A stretch of DNA of 64,000 nucleotides from Callorhinchus milii (taxonomy: Eukaryota). A program made the position numbers and the translations under genes. This document shows, piece after piece, positions 24,903 through 38,530 of this stretch. Positions within the stretch are counted from its first letter, which is position 1, and each line of letters begins with the position of its first letter. The stretch spans positions 55,554,001 through 55,618,000 of the forward strand of contig NW_024704742.1 of NCBI RefSeq assembly GCF_018977255.1. Reading direction: 5' to 3'. Under the pieces are notes generated by a model, which saw only the letters and a list, made by a program, of their open reading frames with translations, made no database searches and had not been told where the DNA came from.

Positions 24903-26013
24903 AGCAAACGGCTTCTCCTCCAGCCCCCACACCGGCTCGTGCGGTGTTCCTCAGGGCTCTGTCCTCGGTCCCCTCCTCTTCACCCTTACATGCTCCCCCT
25001 TGGTGACATCATCCACAAACACATGGTGTAAATTTCCACATGTATGCGGATGACACCCAACTCTATCTATCTGCCTCCATCCTCAACTCCAAGACTACTA
25101 GCGTCCTGACCGACTGCCTGTCTGACATCAAGTCGAGGGACAACTTTCTCCAGCTGAACGTCAACAAGACCGAGGCCCTCCTGATTGGCTCGCGCTAGCG
25201 CCTCCGCACCTCGGGCGCTGGCAGCATCAGCCTCCACGGCTGCACAACTTCACTAAACCAGTCAGGAACCTGGGTATCTTGTTTGACCCTGAACTGTCCT
25301 TTCTCCCACACATCCGCGCCATAACCGGCACTGCCTACCACCACCTCTGCAACATTGCCAGACTCTGCCACTGCCTCACCCCTCAGGCTGCCAAAACCCT
25401 CACCCAAGCATTCGTCACCTCAAGGTTTGATTATGGAAATTCTCTCCTCATCGGCCTTCCCAACTCTTCCCTTCACAAAGCTGTAGATCATCCAAAACTC
25501 TGCAGCTTGTGTATTCCCGCGCACCAGGCTCCACGACCCCATCACTCCCACCCTCGCCCGACTCCACTGGTTCCCCATCCCCCAGAGGATCAAATTCAAG
25601 ATCCTCATCCTCACTTTCAAGGTCATCCATGGCCTTGCCCCCTCCTACCTCTCTGACCTGCTGACTCCCTATCAACCTGCCCGCTCCCTCCATTCAGTGG
25701 GCTCCGGTCTGCTCCATGTCTCCCACCTGACCCGCCCTACCATCGGTGGCCGGGCTTTCAGCCTCTCTGCCCCCACATTCTGGAACTCCATCCCACAGTC
25801 CCTTTGCCTCGCTTCCTCCATTGCCTCCTTCAAGGCTGGTCTCAAGATGCTCATCTTCGATCGTGCCTTTGGTCGCTCTCCCACCTCTTTGCCTTCCCTC
25901 ACCCCTACCCCACCCCTCCTCCATGCTCAGGTCCTGACCCCTTACTGTCCAGCGCCTTGGGATGTCCTCCCGACGTGAAAGGTGCTCTATAAATGTAATT
26001 TTGTTGTTGTTGT
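24903..26013 (+). mobile_element. L2 ORF2 3' part with intact tail
   Basis: GVPQGSVLGP, tatgcggatgac (YADD), SRFDYGNSLL, TIGGRAFSLSAPTFWNSIP; tail aaatgtaattt(tgt)n. Confidence 0.95.
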
Positions 26014-27049
26014 ATAATCTCCAACAGTGCTTTGATTTATTTACCCTACAGTACATATTTGTAACAATCTTAGGATACTGAAATCATATTTGCAACTGAA
26101 TGCTTTTACACAAACAATATGTAAGCATTTTATAATAAAGCTGTAATTGCATCCTTTCTCAGGTTGTTTGATTGTTTGCAGCAAGCACCAGCTGTGGCTG
26201 AGATAATGCGACACACTTTACTGGATCCGAAGAATGCACATGCAGAAACCTGGACGTACCACAAATACTACTGTCTAAGCATTCCAAGATGCCATCCGGT
26301 GTGAAGGGTGCTATATAAATGCAAGTTGTTGTTCTCTAATAAAGAATTTTTTGAACCATCGTTCATTCAGTATTTGAAAACCTATTCAAGCAAAAGTAAT
26401 ACTTTGTAACAACCTCTGGTGTAAGATGGAGGTTTTGCCGTTGAATACAAATAATTACAAATACAATTCATTTAAAAACTAGGAGCAGCATCCACTTCTG
26501 GATTTGAACTCACAGTCCAGGCTGACTGTATGCAGTGTATTGCTGTAGGAAGCTTTGCATTCTCCTTTGGCAGAAATCTTACACCAAGGTCCTCCCTGTT
26601 TTAGGTGGACGTTAAAGATCCAATGCTAATATTTGAAAAATATTCCTGACTGTTCAGTGCCTTGGAACGTCCTCCCGATGTGAAAGGCACTTTACAAATG
26701 TAATTTTGTTGTTGTTGTTGGCCAATAGCCCTGCAAATTAATTGTTTATTCATTTCATGGCTGCTTGTGGTACCACAATGGAGCAAATTTTGTCATCTGT
26801 GTCTACAGAAGCAGTCTACAGTAATTACTTATGAAGTGCTTTCAGATATTTCAAAGTGCTATCAAAATGTAAGTGATGTGCTTAATTTAAATTAAAAAAA
26901 AGAAGAAATCTGCGGTAATTGATAGTATAATTATTAATGGTGATAATGGTTACAAAATACAGAATTTGTGGCACATTATGCCCAAAACAGTGATCAGTTA
27001 GGGTCCACCCTTCCTCATTTGATTTTAACTCGCATTCTTTTGCCAGCAC

Positions 27050-27497
27050 AGTTGCAATCAATTCAACCACTAACAGAGTCCAACCCTTTCCTTGTAGTTG
27101 CACACGCATAGCAAAGATGTGGGAGGTCAATTATTCCCAGACCATTAGGAAACCTAGCTACGTTTAAGAATGCAATAGCTGGTTCTATGGAATCTGTTGT
27201 TGCTGGTGTGTCTGAAAAGGGTTTACTGAAAAGTAAGATATCTTTAGCTTCAGATATGCATTTTGAGACTGTAAGGTGTCTCATCCCTGAGATATTCTCA
27301 GGTGATGCCTTAAATAGATCCAGACATGTAATGGTTCAGGATTCAGATAGGTCTACTGGAAGAGGCAGGGCTGTTCTCACAGCAGATATCTGATGCAGAT
27401 TGTGCTCTGTCAGGTGGAACAACTCCATCATAACTTCATGACTCAGATACAACCTCCTTAAGGAATGTTGCTTTGTAAGATCCAGTTTGCTGCCATA
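27050..27497 (-). mobile_element. Harbinger/PIF transposase (HARBI1-like) fossil
   Basis: One frame, hand-translated: LDLTKQHSLRRLYLSHEVMMELFHLTEHNLHQISAVRTALPLPV...(stop)...ISGMRHLTVSKCISEAKDIL...AIAFLNVARFPNGLGIIDLPH...TRKGLDSV. Colinear with Harbinger motifs LRRLR, RTALPV, GFP-x-V-x-GAIDCTH, NRKGFHS. Confidence 0.75.
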
Positions 27498-28269
27498 CTA
27501 CTGAATACCCACCACTGTACTTTGTGTAGTCCCTAATGCCAGTTTTCACCCCTCTAGAGAATCTGTTCTCTATTTCTTCTGCTCCAAATTAAGTTATTCT
27601 TCTCAACGACACAGCTTCTAATATGTGCAGCATTCTCAATATTGTGCAGGATCTCAAAGCCGAATCATAGAATTGTACAAAGATGAAATTTCACCTAGTC
27701 CTATGCTGTGCTTCCTCTTCCTCCAGAGCCACATGATTCTGCTCCATACAAAATAACATCCCAGCACTTTAATGCTATTCCTTTAGTGATATAATGTGGC
27801 TCCAGTATTCTGTAATTTAATTACTAATAAAACGACAATGTCCGTCTGTATGCGCTTCAAGAAGGATCTCAATAAATAATTGATGTAGGGACATGATTTA
27901 TACCTCATTGGGAATGCCTTGCAACTGGGAGTGACATAGGTATATTTGTTTTCGGGTATCTCCTATTGTCATGAGTTATGGCCTAAAATATATTTTAGTT
28001 TTTCGCTGCAGTTACACCTGGTCCCAGTGATTATAACTTATACATTTATATTTATCATTATAAAGATGCCTTAGTGAAAATCAAACCTTTCAAGGATACG
28101 TATGTGTGTCTGTCTGTGTGTCAATCTACATTCCACATTGGATCCTTTGGTTGCAAATATAGCTGCAACGGATACAGCCAGTATGGAATAATATGAGAAG
28201 AGAAACCAGTGAAATTGAATTTGCAGCCAGATTTGGAAGAGAAGGGCACAATACCAGGAAAGCTTGGAG

Positions 28270-28432
28270 AAATTCACATTTAACGAAGGAAAATATTATG
28301 GGAGAAGTTAATAGGAGAAAGGATTAGGAGGGTTGGAGGCTCGTGTGAAGTTTTATCACCATCATAGATTAGTTGGGTCAAATAGCCTGTTTCCGTGCTG
28401 TAATGTTCCACAAAATTCTATAACTCTATGTA
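28270..28432 (+). mobile_element. CR1-type 3' tail
   Basis: ggaggctcgtgtg...gttgggtcaaatagcctgtttccgtgctgta...tctatgtaa. Confidence 0.7.
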
Positions 28433-29769
28433 ACACATACTTATGACGTTTTAAGCACAAAATTAATGTCTGCACATCCTGTTGGCTAGCTGCACTCAGC
28501 TCTGTTCACTGACTGCAGCAATGTAATTATACTACATTCTACGTACCTTCCATGTCAGTCAGTTTTATACACATATATCCAACCCCCAAGAAACTTTCAA
28601 ATGGTTACAAAGTAATCAGCAATACTTAACAGCACAATCTCTTCTTTCTGCTCCCACAGGGACATTTAATCATAGCCTTTAATCAGCAGCTGAAGGGAAT
28701 GACTGCAAGTAAAAAGGGAGCTGTTTGGAAAGGTTATTTTTTTTGGTTCTCTTCCCTGGTGGTCTGGTTCTTAAGTGTCTGTCTGTTAATTTGTCATTTT
28801 TTTGCTGGTTTGGCTAGTGTGGAGAGGGGGACTATGTCTTCCACATCTTCTGGTGATCAAGTGAAGTAAAAGCATTCAGACATTCCCAGGGGTCCAGTGG
28901 GGGGAAGGGAGGGCCATGTCTAATTGTAGAATCATAGAGATTAGAGCAGAGAATTAGCCATTGATTCAATGCTGCTGCTGCAAAGCCATCCACAACAGCA
29001 GTCTACTCTAAGCCCAGGTCCTTGCTTTTCCCATCTTTTGCATAATTCCTTTCCAAACATTTACCAATTCCCTTTTCAAATGGTCTTATGGACTCAACCT
29101 TAATAGCCATTTATGGCAAAGCAGTCCACTCTTTATTAATGCACTGGAAACAAAAGCATTTTCTGACCTCTCCATTAACTCTTTCAGTGATGATCATGAT
29201 TAGTGATACTGAGCTTCATTGTTACCAATTTACTAACCAAGTAACCAAGGAGTTCAGTAACCGTTCTCTCAAATCTACAGAGGCAACTCCTTTCTCTGTT
29301 CAAGAGTTATCTGCAAAAAATATACGATCTTCTGAAAAAGGGTACTATAAAGGGAGAGGGCAGTGGTACAACTTGCTTTCCTCAGAGTCTTACAGTAAGT
29401 GCAATAGTGTAGTAGGAACAGGTATACTTCTGTGTTCTTTATCTCGAGCTCCTTCCTGTTCGTTTACCAGACTGGATTCATGATTTAATAATCTTTTGTT
29501 TCTGAAAAAAATGAACCAAGTGCTGATCCCTGCTGACAACATACAGAGTTGTGTAATATTTGTATACCTGTTAGAGCTTTGCCTTGCAGGCTTAATGGGA
29601 GTTGAGGGGGAGGAGTGCCTGCTTCCAGTTATTGGTCTGCAGGACTATTTACAACAACAATTTCCATTTATATACCACACTTCACACAGGATAGGTAGCA
29701 TCCCAGAGCATTTAATTTAGATTGCAAAGGCCCCTTTAAGGGATATTTATTCTGCTGTGGTTCATCTGA

Positions 29770-30370
29770 GTTTTATTTTGGGGCAGTTAGCCAAAAAAAA
29801 CATGTGGATAACCCATTACCCTGCTTTTGAGAATCCGAACCAAACTGAGAGTTGCGTGCATCCCACCTACACATGGAAATTCCAGAGATATTCCTTGGAA
29901 TGGAATGCGTACACTCTTCCTGGAGGGATCATCCTGCTTAGCTAATTCTGTAAAGTATTAAGTGCAGGTTGGCAAGCGTGTGTGTTGGGGTACTGCTGGA
30001 AACCAGCTAAAGCCACAAAGCTTGCCATTGATATTGCTGTCCAGCAAACTTTCGCGTTGCTTGTCCAGCTCGGACCGCCCTCTCCGTTAGGGCTCTGGCT
30101 TGCAGGGTTAATGGGAGTTGAGTGAGAAGAGTTCCTGTCCCCAATGACTGGTCTGTTATTCCAAGCCTGCCAATGAGCCAGGCTGACTGTGTGGTAATCA
30201 GCAATGCCCTGGAATACTGCAGGCCCGCCGGCTCAGGAAATGGATTATCGATAAAGCAACAAAGGGTTGGCTGAATTATGACATTCTGTTGCCAAACACG
30301 CCACCTTTGAGCCAATTCAGCTCCAATGAGACCCCACTTATCCCCCCCCAAGGAGGATAGTCATCTACTT
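29770..30370 (+). repeat. Unclassified ~600-bp interspersed repeat (reference copy)
   Basis: Contains all shared blocks in order, from aacccattacc to gagccaattcagctcc. Confidence 0.78.
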
Positions 30371-30834
30371 TTATGTGAGTCAAAGATATACAGTGGTTCA
30401 TAATCTAATGCATTTATTTTTAAACGGAAATAAAATGCTTCCAGTTTCAAAAGTGGCATCTATGAAGTGATTTATTTTTTAAAGTATTCAAACAATGTTC
30501 TTAGTGAGATTGAAATCTCTTCGTCTCCTGCATGTTTGGTGTATAGAAGGCAACTGATCTCAGTTGTCAGATACTGGTGCTGGCGCCGTGCTTATAGCGT
30601 GGCTTGAGATCTCATCTTTCACAAAGACGTTTCAATATCTCAAAGCCGTATTCCAGCAGAAACACATTTTTGGCAGTATATAAAGTAATTTTGTTTTTAA
30701 CTCTAAATTAGATGAATATGTTTGTTGGGAATTTGCTTCCAAAGTAACAGTGACACTAGTTTTGTTGAAGGTTCAGATTACACGATCATAAATTAACTGA
30801 TTGTTAATGGATGGGAAACAGATCTTCAAATCAT

Positions 30835-31035
30835 GGTTTTCAGACCAATACTCTGCAGGTGGAACCTCAGTTAACCATCTCATCCAAAGGACAGTGCATA
30901 TGACAATGCACCACTCCCCCAACAGTGTACTGGAATATAGCCTGGACGATGAGTACAAATACCCAAAGTGGAAGTTGAACCCACAACAATCTGACGTAAG
31001 AGGTAAAAGTGCGACCAATTTAGCAAGACTGCCAC
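30835..31035 (-). mobile_element. Deu-domain SINE 5' half
   Basis: Reverse complement: tRNA-like head, ccaggctatattccagtacactg, ggatgagatggttaactgagg. Confidence 0.65.
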
Positions 31036-31519
31036 CCAATCTCAATCAGGACAGCAGGGCGAGCTTTAACATTGCTCTCATTACTGCTGGCCTGGGGAGA
31101 TAATAAGATCATCCAGAATTCCCATTCCTGAGTAATATTGATTGAGTCCTGGTAGATTGTATAGATTTGGAGATTAAGTGAAGGCAGAATTCAACTTGAC
31201 ACCGATGTCACCTTTCCACCACATCTCTCCCTCCCTCAGTGTTCATTGTGTAAATTTAAATATGAAGATTACTGACTTGGAGTTGCTGCTAGTGACTTAC
31301 TGTGAATTATAATAGATTAGATTATAAAGTAGTATCGGAAAGGTCTAAGGATTTTAGATTAGAGTTGCTAACTCCAAGTAGGAGAGCCCTGGTACAATGA
31401 AATGCCTATGATTCTGTGAACTAACTATTAGCTAATTCTACCAAAGCAGTGGTATTTATTGTGTACACAAAGCGAGAGAACTTACCAAGAGGGAAATTGA
31501 AAGAGACAGAGGGGTGTTA

Positions 31520-32150
31520 GTTGACTCATTGCTCACCGTGTTCAAACAGAGTAAGGCAGCAATAAACCAAGTAAACAGGAGGTTAAGCTACATGCCAAAC
31601 CAAATGAGTACTGATCATCAAAAGTCATGTTCAAGATGTAAAGTGCTCTGTTTAGGCCACATCTGAAGTATTGTATACAGTTCTGGTTGCCACAAGATAA
31701 GAGACCACCCAAGTCCTGCATGCAGGGCAGAGGCCAATGAGGCTGATCCTAGTATTGGCAGGAGGAACTTGAGAAGGTATATTTAGCCAGTACAAAAGGT
31801 GAAGCTAGTAAAATACTTTCAGATACACAGTTGGACAAGAGAACTGTATTAGTATGATTTTGAAGTGAACATTTAGGACAAATAGCAGGAAGTACTTCTT
31901 TACACCTTTACACAGCAGGTAATTAGCTAGAATGGCTTACAGGAAAGGTGGTTGCGATCAGTTTATTGTTCTAATTCAAGATTAGATTAATTGGGCAACA
32001 ATGAAATTAGATATTTACTTTAAAAGTAAAAATTGTGCAAGGCTGTGGGGAAAGAGCGGGGGAGTGGGACTAATTGGATAGCTCTTTTAAAGAGCCAGCA
32101 CAGGCACGATGGACTGAATGGCCTTGTTCTGTGCTGTAGGATTCTATGAT
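31520..32150 (+). mobile_element. Old CR1 3' region with tail
   Basis: Decayed RPHLKYCIQFW motif (taggccacatctgaagtattgtatacagttctgg); tail ggactgaatggccttgttctgtgctgtaggattctatgatt. Confidence 0.75.
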
Positions 32151-34339
32151 TGAGTTCAGTCCGTGTCACAGTTTAGGCAGCACAATTCGCTCATTGCTTT
32201 TGAGGTTAAGATTCCCTCTTCTGATCGTAGTCGAGAGATTTGTACTGGAAGGTATATAGAGAGTGAGGACAGGATTGGGCTTAACTGTAATATCCTCTCC
32301 CTTTACAGAATAACCTGTCAAGACTCACATATGCATAATAATAAATTTGGCTTGTTACAGAGGATGCATCTGTGGAACAGTACAGAATTATAAGAAAAAC
32401 AGGTCAAAAAGCTTTCAGGAGACAAGAAACTTGGAGGAAGAAGTATATTTATGATTTACCCGGTATGCATTATGAATGTTCCTATAGAGCACACTAGCAA
32501 AGTGGGTTAGAAATTAAAACTCTATATTGCTTGAGCAGCCTTAACCATATTTCCAGTACCTACAAGTAGGTAGGATAAAGCCATTTTTTAATTTGACATG
32601 TATTGGTTCTCATTTAAGGGACATAGCTATGGCTTTTTTTTTGTATTTTGGGACAACACTGCACAAATTGGCTTCCCCGATCACCCACAGAAAACATAGT
32701 CACTACACTTCACAGTCAAATCCCGTGAAGCCTTAAGATGTCATCCTGACATGACAGGCACTATATGAAACACAAAGATTCTTATTATTGATAACTTGGC
32801 ACATGGATGTCTAGTGAAGGAAAATAATTGTAACACTGATATGCAGTAGTACCCAACGTTCAGGCTTAAAGAACCTTGTTAGGGTGGAGTAGAAACAGCA
32901 TTACTCATACAATCCCTGTAATTGCCAATGTTTGAGTCTACCACTGGGTAACAGAAGTAAAAATCGTTCCATGATCAAGTGTTGATATTGCTTTCCATGA
33001 AGAGCACAATATTCATTTCCCCAATAAAAAAATTTCATGACGTCAGGATTGATTTGACTTGTTTTCTGGTTCTTTACAGAATTGTGTACAAAGTCCAAAG
33101 AACAAACTGTTTACAGTTTGTAATGCTGTTTGGGCTGTTGTCAGGAACTTCAAAGACTGATGAGAAGCGTCATTACCTTATTCAAATACCAGGTGACTGA
33201 CTGCATGATCTGTAAAATCACCATCAGGCGGAGATGCTATCTACACAGGGACACCTATTTTGCTATGACTTATCCTGGCACCTAATTTATTCCCACATTT
33301 TTACAGTGTTGACAAGGATGAGTCAAATTTGAAGATCATTACTAAGTTAAAGATTAATCAGATTGGTGTCACTGAATTACAAGGTTTTCTGATTTATTCC
33401 CTTGTTTAGATTACTTTTTCAATTGATTGGAAGCTCTCTGACTCGTCGTACATGAAGTAAATAGACATAACGTGTTGTGAGGAAATATATGTAAATGTTT
33501 GATTGCAGGTTATATATTTTTGCTAAAATTATTTTGTTCAAGTAGATTGAGAATATTGTTTTTAATAAACAATTCTGCTTAGGAAGGACAATACATCTAT
33601 TCCAACAGGATGTTCTTAAATCCCCTTAATTACGTTAAAATAATATTCCTTTTTCACAAAATCACATTAGTTCAGATGAAGAAGGCACTTCATCCCATTT
33701 GATCTGTCCTTGCAGAATATCTAGTCTACCACATCTTTACAATACATCATCAAGATGATTTTAAAGCAAATCCAGTTTGCTGGCCTTAACCACCCTTCCA
33801 GGCTACCTGAACAATATTTTGAACAAACATGTAATAGGAAATTCATCATTAGTGTGGTAGTCTAGAGGGATGAGATCAAATGGTCTACAATCACTTTCTT
33901 CATACATAGTCTCTCCCTTCTCTTGTAAAATCGATACTGATGATTTTGTTTTGAATTTCTTAATTGATTATATTAACCATGTCTGTTGTTCTACCAGCTG
34001 AGCCAAGCTGACAGAAATTCAAATCTTAAATACATATATTTTCAACTGTGTGCTGTTGCGTTAGGAAAACCAAAATGGAATATTGCTTCTACTGTCAAAA
34101 GCAAATAAATCACCATCAAAAAAACATGGAAACATTTTCTGGTATGGGCATTGCTTAGTAGTCATAGTGAAGTAACACTGCCAATGGAGTTAGGTTCTAT
34201 GGAACACATCCAGTTAACTTGAGTAAGATGCCCTTGTCAATAAAACTATGCCTTTAAGTCTCCCTTCCCACATTCAATAAAACCAGATTTTGTTAATGGA
34301 CCAGCATTAATGTATTTTACAAAAGGACAAACTTGTATA

Positions 34340-34575
34340 ACTTTACATCATTTGTAGACGAAGTAGAAGTACATGAAGTGGAACTTACTGCCAGAAGCTG
34401 TTGTTAAAGCAGAAAGCATCAATGTATTTAAGAAGTAACTTGATGCATGCAAGACAGAAAGGAGAATAGAGAATAAGAGAGAGAATCAGAGGAGTGGAGG
34501 CTTGTGTGGAGTATAAACACTAGAGTGGATTAGTTGGGCTCAATGGCCTATATATTTATATCTAATTCTATGTAG
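34340..34575 (+). mobile_element. CR1 3' end
   Basis: tggaacttactgccagaagctgttg...ggaggcttgtgtggagtataaacac...gttgggctcaatggcc. Confidence 0.7.
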
Positions 34576-35354
34576 CTGGAACAGATTTGTTTGAGTCTAC
34601 ATCCTTATATATCAATCCCATATGAATGTTCTATATTTGTCAGAAGAGCAGATGTTTGGGAGACCAAGACCTGATAGGGAGGTCACAGCTGAGTTGCATC
34701 TATTTGGCTTAAGGAGGTCCTCGATGACTCCTAATGCTTCGACTTGCTGCAAAGTTTATGGTAGCCATATACTTTTTGGCACAAGTTTTGTTTTGGCACC
34801 TGTGGTTTTGTCCTCATATTGGAAAGAAGGATTAGGGGTAAACATTTTGAATGGCAATTTAGCTGAAGAAATTCCTCTTTCAGTGTGACTTCTATTCACC
34901 ATCATGTTAATTTTTTTTAAATGTGGCATTACATAACTCGATTTGTCACTCCACACTAATCCCAATAATAGACATACACCCCCATGTTAATTGTGCTGTT
35001 ACCTAAAAGAGGAACCAAATATCTTCATTTAATTTACTCTCCTTTTCTCCTTACTCCATGTATTAGGGTGGATTTCAAAGGTGCTGGCATCTCTGGCACA
35101 ATTAATTTGCTGTGGGATAGGGAGACAGTGGAGCTGGGTGAAAATGGGAGAGATGACTCACAGAACTGTGGAGTTCTGTATGGTCTAGAGCTTTTGGAGG
35201 TTAAGCTGGAAAGGCAGGTGAACTGAGTTTTGGAAAAGTCAAGTCTGTAGGTGATAAAGGCTTGGATGAAGATATTGACCGAGTGTGCTGTGGTGAGGTA
35301 GATGGGAGAGGGCTGTTACAGAGATGGAAGAAAGAGGACATGGTGAGAACCCAG

Positions 35355-35465
35355 ATAATAATAATCCTTGCAGTTGATATAGCGCCTATTACGTTTTCTA
35401 GACGTCTCAAAGCATTTCACAGAATATACTGTAAAGTGAATTGACTGTATATTTTGCGGGCAAAA
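35355..35465 (-). mobile_element. SINE 3' fragment
   Basis: taataatccttgcagttgatatagcgcc...ttctagacgtctcaaagc...ctgtaaagtgaattgactg. Confidence 0.85.
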
Positions 35466-36479
35466 CTGAAAGTAAACTATTGAAATGTAGCATTATCTGC
35501 ACTAGATAATCTCTCTTTTTACCATTAAGATAAATCGCTAGATGCAGACTAGTAGGTTGTCCATTGTTCTACATTGCAAGCCTTTACATTATGATGAATA
35601 ACAAAAAGTGCTGTCAGCGGGTATAATTTCAATTTGGAATCATATCAATATTTAATTTTTCTTCCAGGTGAAGGCTGTTGAATTTATTCATTCCTTTTTA
35701 ATTAGAGGTTAATCAATCACAGGTCTGAATGATTGATAAGTTTGTCATTTAAAGATGATTTTTTCCCCTACAAATCTTTTAAAATGTAGATTAGGCAAAG
35801 GTACTTCAATCCACACCGTACTGCATTGATTTTCTGCTAGAATATAATATTGGATAAGTTAATTCTTCATGAATTGAATGCTTAATTCCTGAATTTACGA
35901 ATTCCAGATTGGGTTGGGAAATATTTATTTCATGGACTGATAGGATGAGCATCATCCATTTTTCTTCATAAAACTCCCAGACACATAAAATTAATCAGAC
36001 ATCGGATGGTCTCACTAGTTTGTTATTTAAAGATCAAAGCCATGCAAGTTTTATATTGCTTTTATATCTGTGTTTTTTGAAAGACCGCCTAGATTTTATT
36101 TGTGTTTGCAACTAATATCTGAAGCTAATCAGCTGAGTTCATCAATAAATGACTGAGTAAAGGATCTTTTGGACTAGCAAACATTTCAGGAATGTTGCCT
36201 TCAAAGTTAGGAATTTTGAAGTTGACCATTGATACAACTAGATGTTAACCTACAGAGGAGAAATGGTTTGGTGACAGACATTAACCCTTTGCACACCCAA
36301 CACTTGTAAAATATGGCTGCTTTTCTTTTACTTGCTCGAAAAAGTATGTTTTACAATAATTTCCATTCAAACGCTCTGGGAGTCTAACACACATGAAGGG
36401 CGCTATATCAATGCAAGTTGTTGTTGTATTTCTGTACTGTTCCAATTTTCTCATTTCCTCTCCACCTGAACACTCAATT

Positions 36480-36740
36480 CATTGTGGCATATGATTTCAA
36501 GGCTGCTATCTGACCTATGATACCTCATCCCACTGTAAACTCAGACAGTGAATACCATCAGCAAGGCTTGCATTTGCAGAGACGTCATGGCCGAGCTCAA
36601 TTCTGTCCTCATATGCACAGCGTCAGTTGAGTTTAGTTGACCTCAGAACAGACTAGGCATCCAAACTGGGATCTTTTCAGTCTGTCTGGCTCAACATTAC
36701 TTCAGACTGTGCCTTTATTATCTGAGAAATAAAGGGAGCT
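36480..36740 (-). mobile_element. Ancient SINE-like repeat
   Basis: Reverse complement has gagccagacagactgaaaagatcccag...tgaggacagaattgagc, related to 23250-23450 and 32190-32370. Confidence 0.5.
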
Positions 36741-37994
36741 TACACTCGTTTCTAATTAGGACTGTATATCAGTAATAGGTAGCCTAGAGTGTGTTACACA
36801 TCGAATAACAGTGCCATGCAGCAACACATCAAGGGGCTGAGATGATGTTAGAAACTATTTCATGATTTATCAACATGGTCTCAATCCTCCACTGTGTAGC
36901 TGCAGTGGAACACAGTCTGCAGTGTGATTCCATTTAATACGAAGCAATATACAATTTACTTGGTTCTTCTGTTATCCATTTTTATTCTCTTGTCAGTGAG
37001 GTGTTTGTTATAAAGGACAATGATGGACAGTCGGCTTCTGCTAGTGGCTCCACATGAGTGATCCAGAACTAATATCCAGATTTATTTTCTTGCCTGATGC
37101 AGGGTGGAAAAAATACAATATTATAAAATTTTGGAGAAATGTAAAAATAATGGAATATTATTTAATTCCTGGCTTGTTTGGAAAGGTAAAAATTGTAATT
37201 GCTTTACCTTTAGTTGCAGATATTGCAGTGCACTGCTCAGAGGGTTAATATAATGTGTCTCCACAATCGAGTAGATTTAAATCTACTTTTATCTTTTTCC
37301 AGCAATCGGGTCATACAGTGGCCCTATACCAAACAGTTTAGGCATCTGCCGCTTAATGAGGCCGCTTCAGAGAAATTACCCAAGAAAAACAAATACCAAA
37401 CAAGCTTGTGACGCAACACCATAGGCTGAATAGCCTCCTTCTGTGCTGTAAACTTTCTATGATTCTATGAACTGTTAATTCTTCAAATAATATGGCAACT
37501 TAATAGCCCTTTTTCTAATTCCAAAGACTGTGGAATTGCTTAAGAAATCTATTTTACTGTTTTTTAACAGGTAAAATTGCTTGCGTTTTCTTTCCAGATT
37601 CCAGATGCCCTGATCTTACTCGGCTCATCTAACTCCTGCGGGTGGTTAATAGGGCGTGACATGCTGTGTTTCTAAACATCTGCTAATACCATAAGGGGAT
37701 GTGTGACAGTCCAAGTTGATGCAACCACACTATTACAACAGTGATAAACATTGAATCTATTTCTTAGCTGCTTTTTCTTCAGGATTCTTCCCTTTCATGC
37801 TGCCTTGAGTTGGACAATAGTTGAGACCCAAAATTTCACCTTGTCTTAACCTGTAAGGCCATTTTGCCTTGAAATTTTAAGATGGTGCAGAATTTGAAAT
37901 GTCTTAAATTCTAGTCATGATCTAGAAGCTGGTTTACTGCAGTCCTTAAAAAGAATTGTCTTTGAATTATGACTGAGTTTAAGAATATTCTACA

Positions 37995-38530
37995 GTTCTG
38001 CAATAGTATCAACTGCAAGGAGTTGAACTGTCTCCAAGGAAACATGCTCCACAGTGGAATTGAATCAACTTTCTGTGGCTGTCTCAGTAGTCCGGTTCCT
38101 GAGCCAGGCGGGTCCACAGTATTCCAGGGCACTACTGATAACAGCCTGGCTTATCAGCTTGAAAGAGCAGACCCTCTCAGCTCCTGTTAATCCTGCAAGT
38201 CAAAGCCCTAATGGGGAGATTTGTTCTATCTGGACAAGCAGTGGGAAGTTTGCCAGACAGTGCTTTCAATGGGAAGAGATGTGGTTTTACCAGGTTAAAC
38301 TGCAGCAGTAGACCAATTCTCAAGTCTTGGACCTCACCAACCTATGTCTAATATTTTTGGAATTCGTTAAGAAGGGTGATTTTCACTGGGGAGGGAGTTC
38401 ACATTCCATTCAAAGCATGGGGATTTCCATGTGTAGGTGGCACGGGTGGAACTCTCAGTTTGATTTGGATACTCTTAAGCACGGTGATGGGTTTCTGCAT
38501 GTGTACACCCAGCTGAACCCCCAAAAAGTC
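37995..38530 (-). repeat. Unclassified ~600-bp interspersed repeat (copy)
   Basis: ttcctgagccaggcgggtccacagtattccagggcactactga and ggatactcttaagcacggtgatgggtttc are reverse complements of blocks in 29770-30370. Confidence 0.78.

Noticed and set aside
27063..27284. Domesticated HARBI1 gene
   Set aside because: Upstream in-frame stop, degenerate catalytic motif and truncation indicate a transposon fossil.
28640..28715. Possible small plus-strand exon (acceptor ...ctcccacag); similar acceptor-like sites at ~22347, ~35667, ~37570
   Set aside because: Weak or absent donors and no recognisable peptide; cannot be supported without RNA data.
29088..29483. 131-aa ORF (similarly 45196-45549, 46546-46905, 57268-57672)
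   Set aside because: No recognisable domain or exon structure; some overlap decayed repeats; lengths are compatible with chance.
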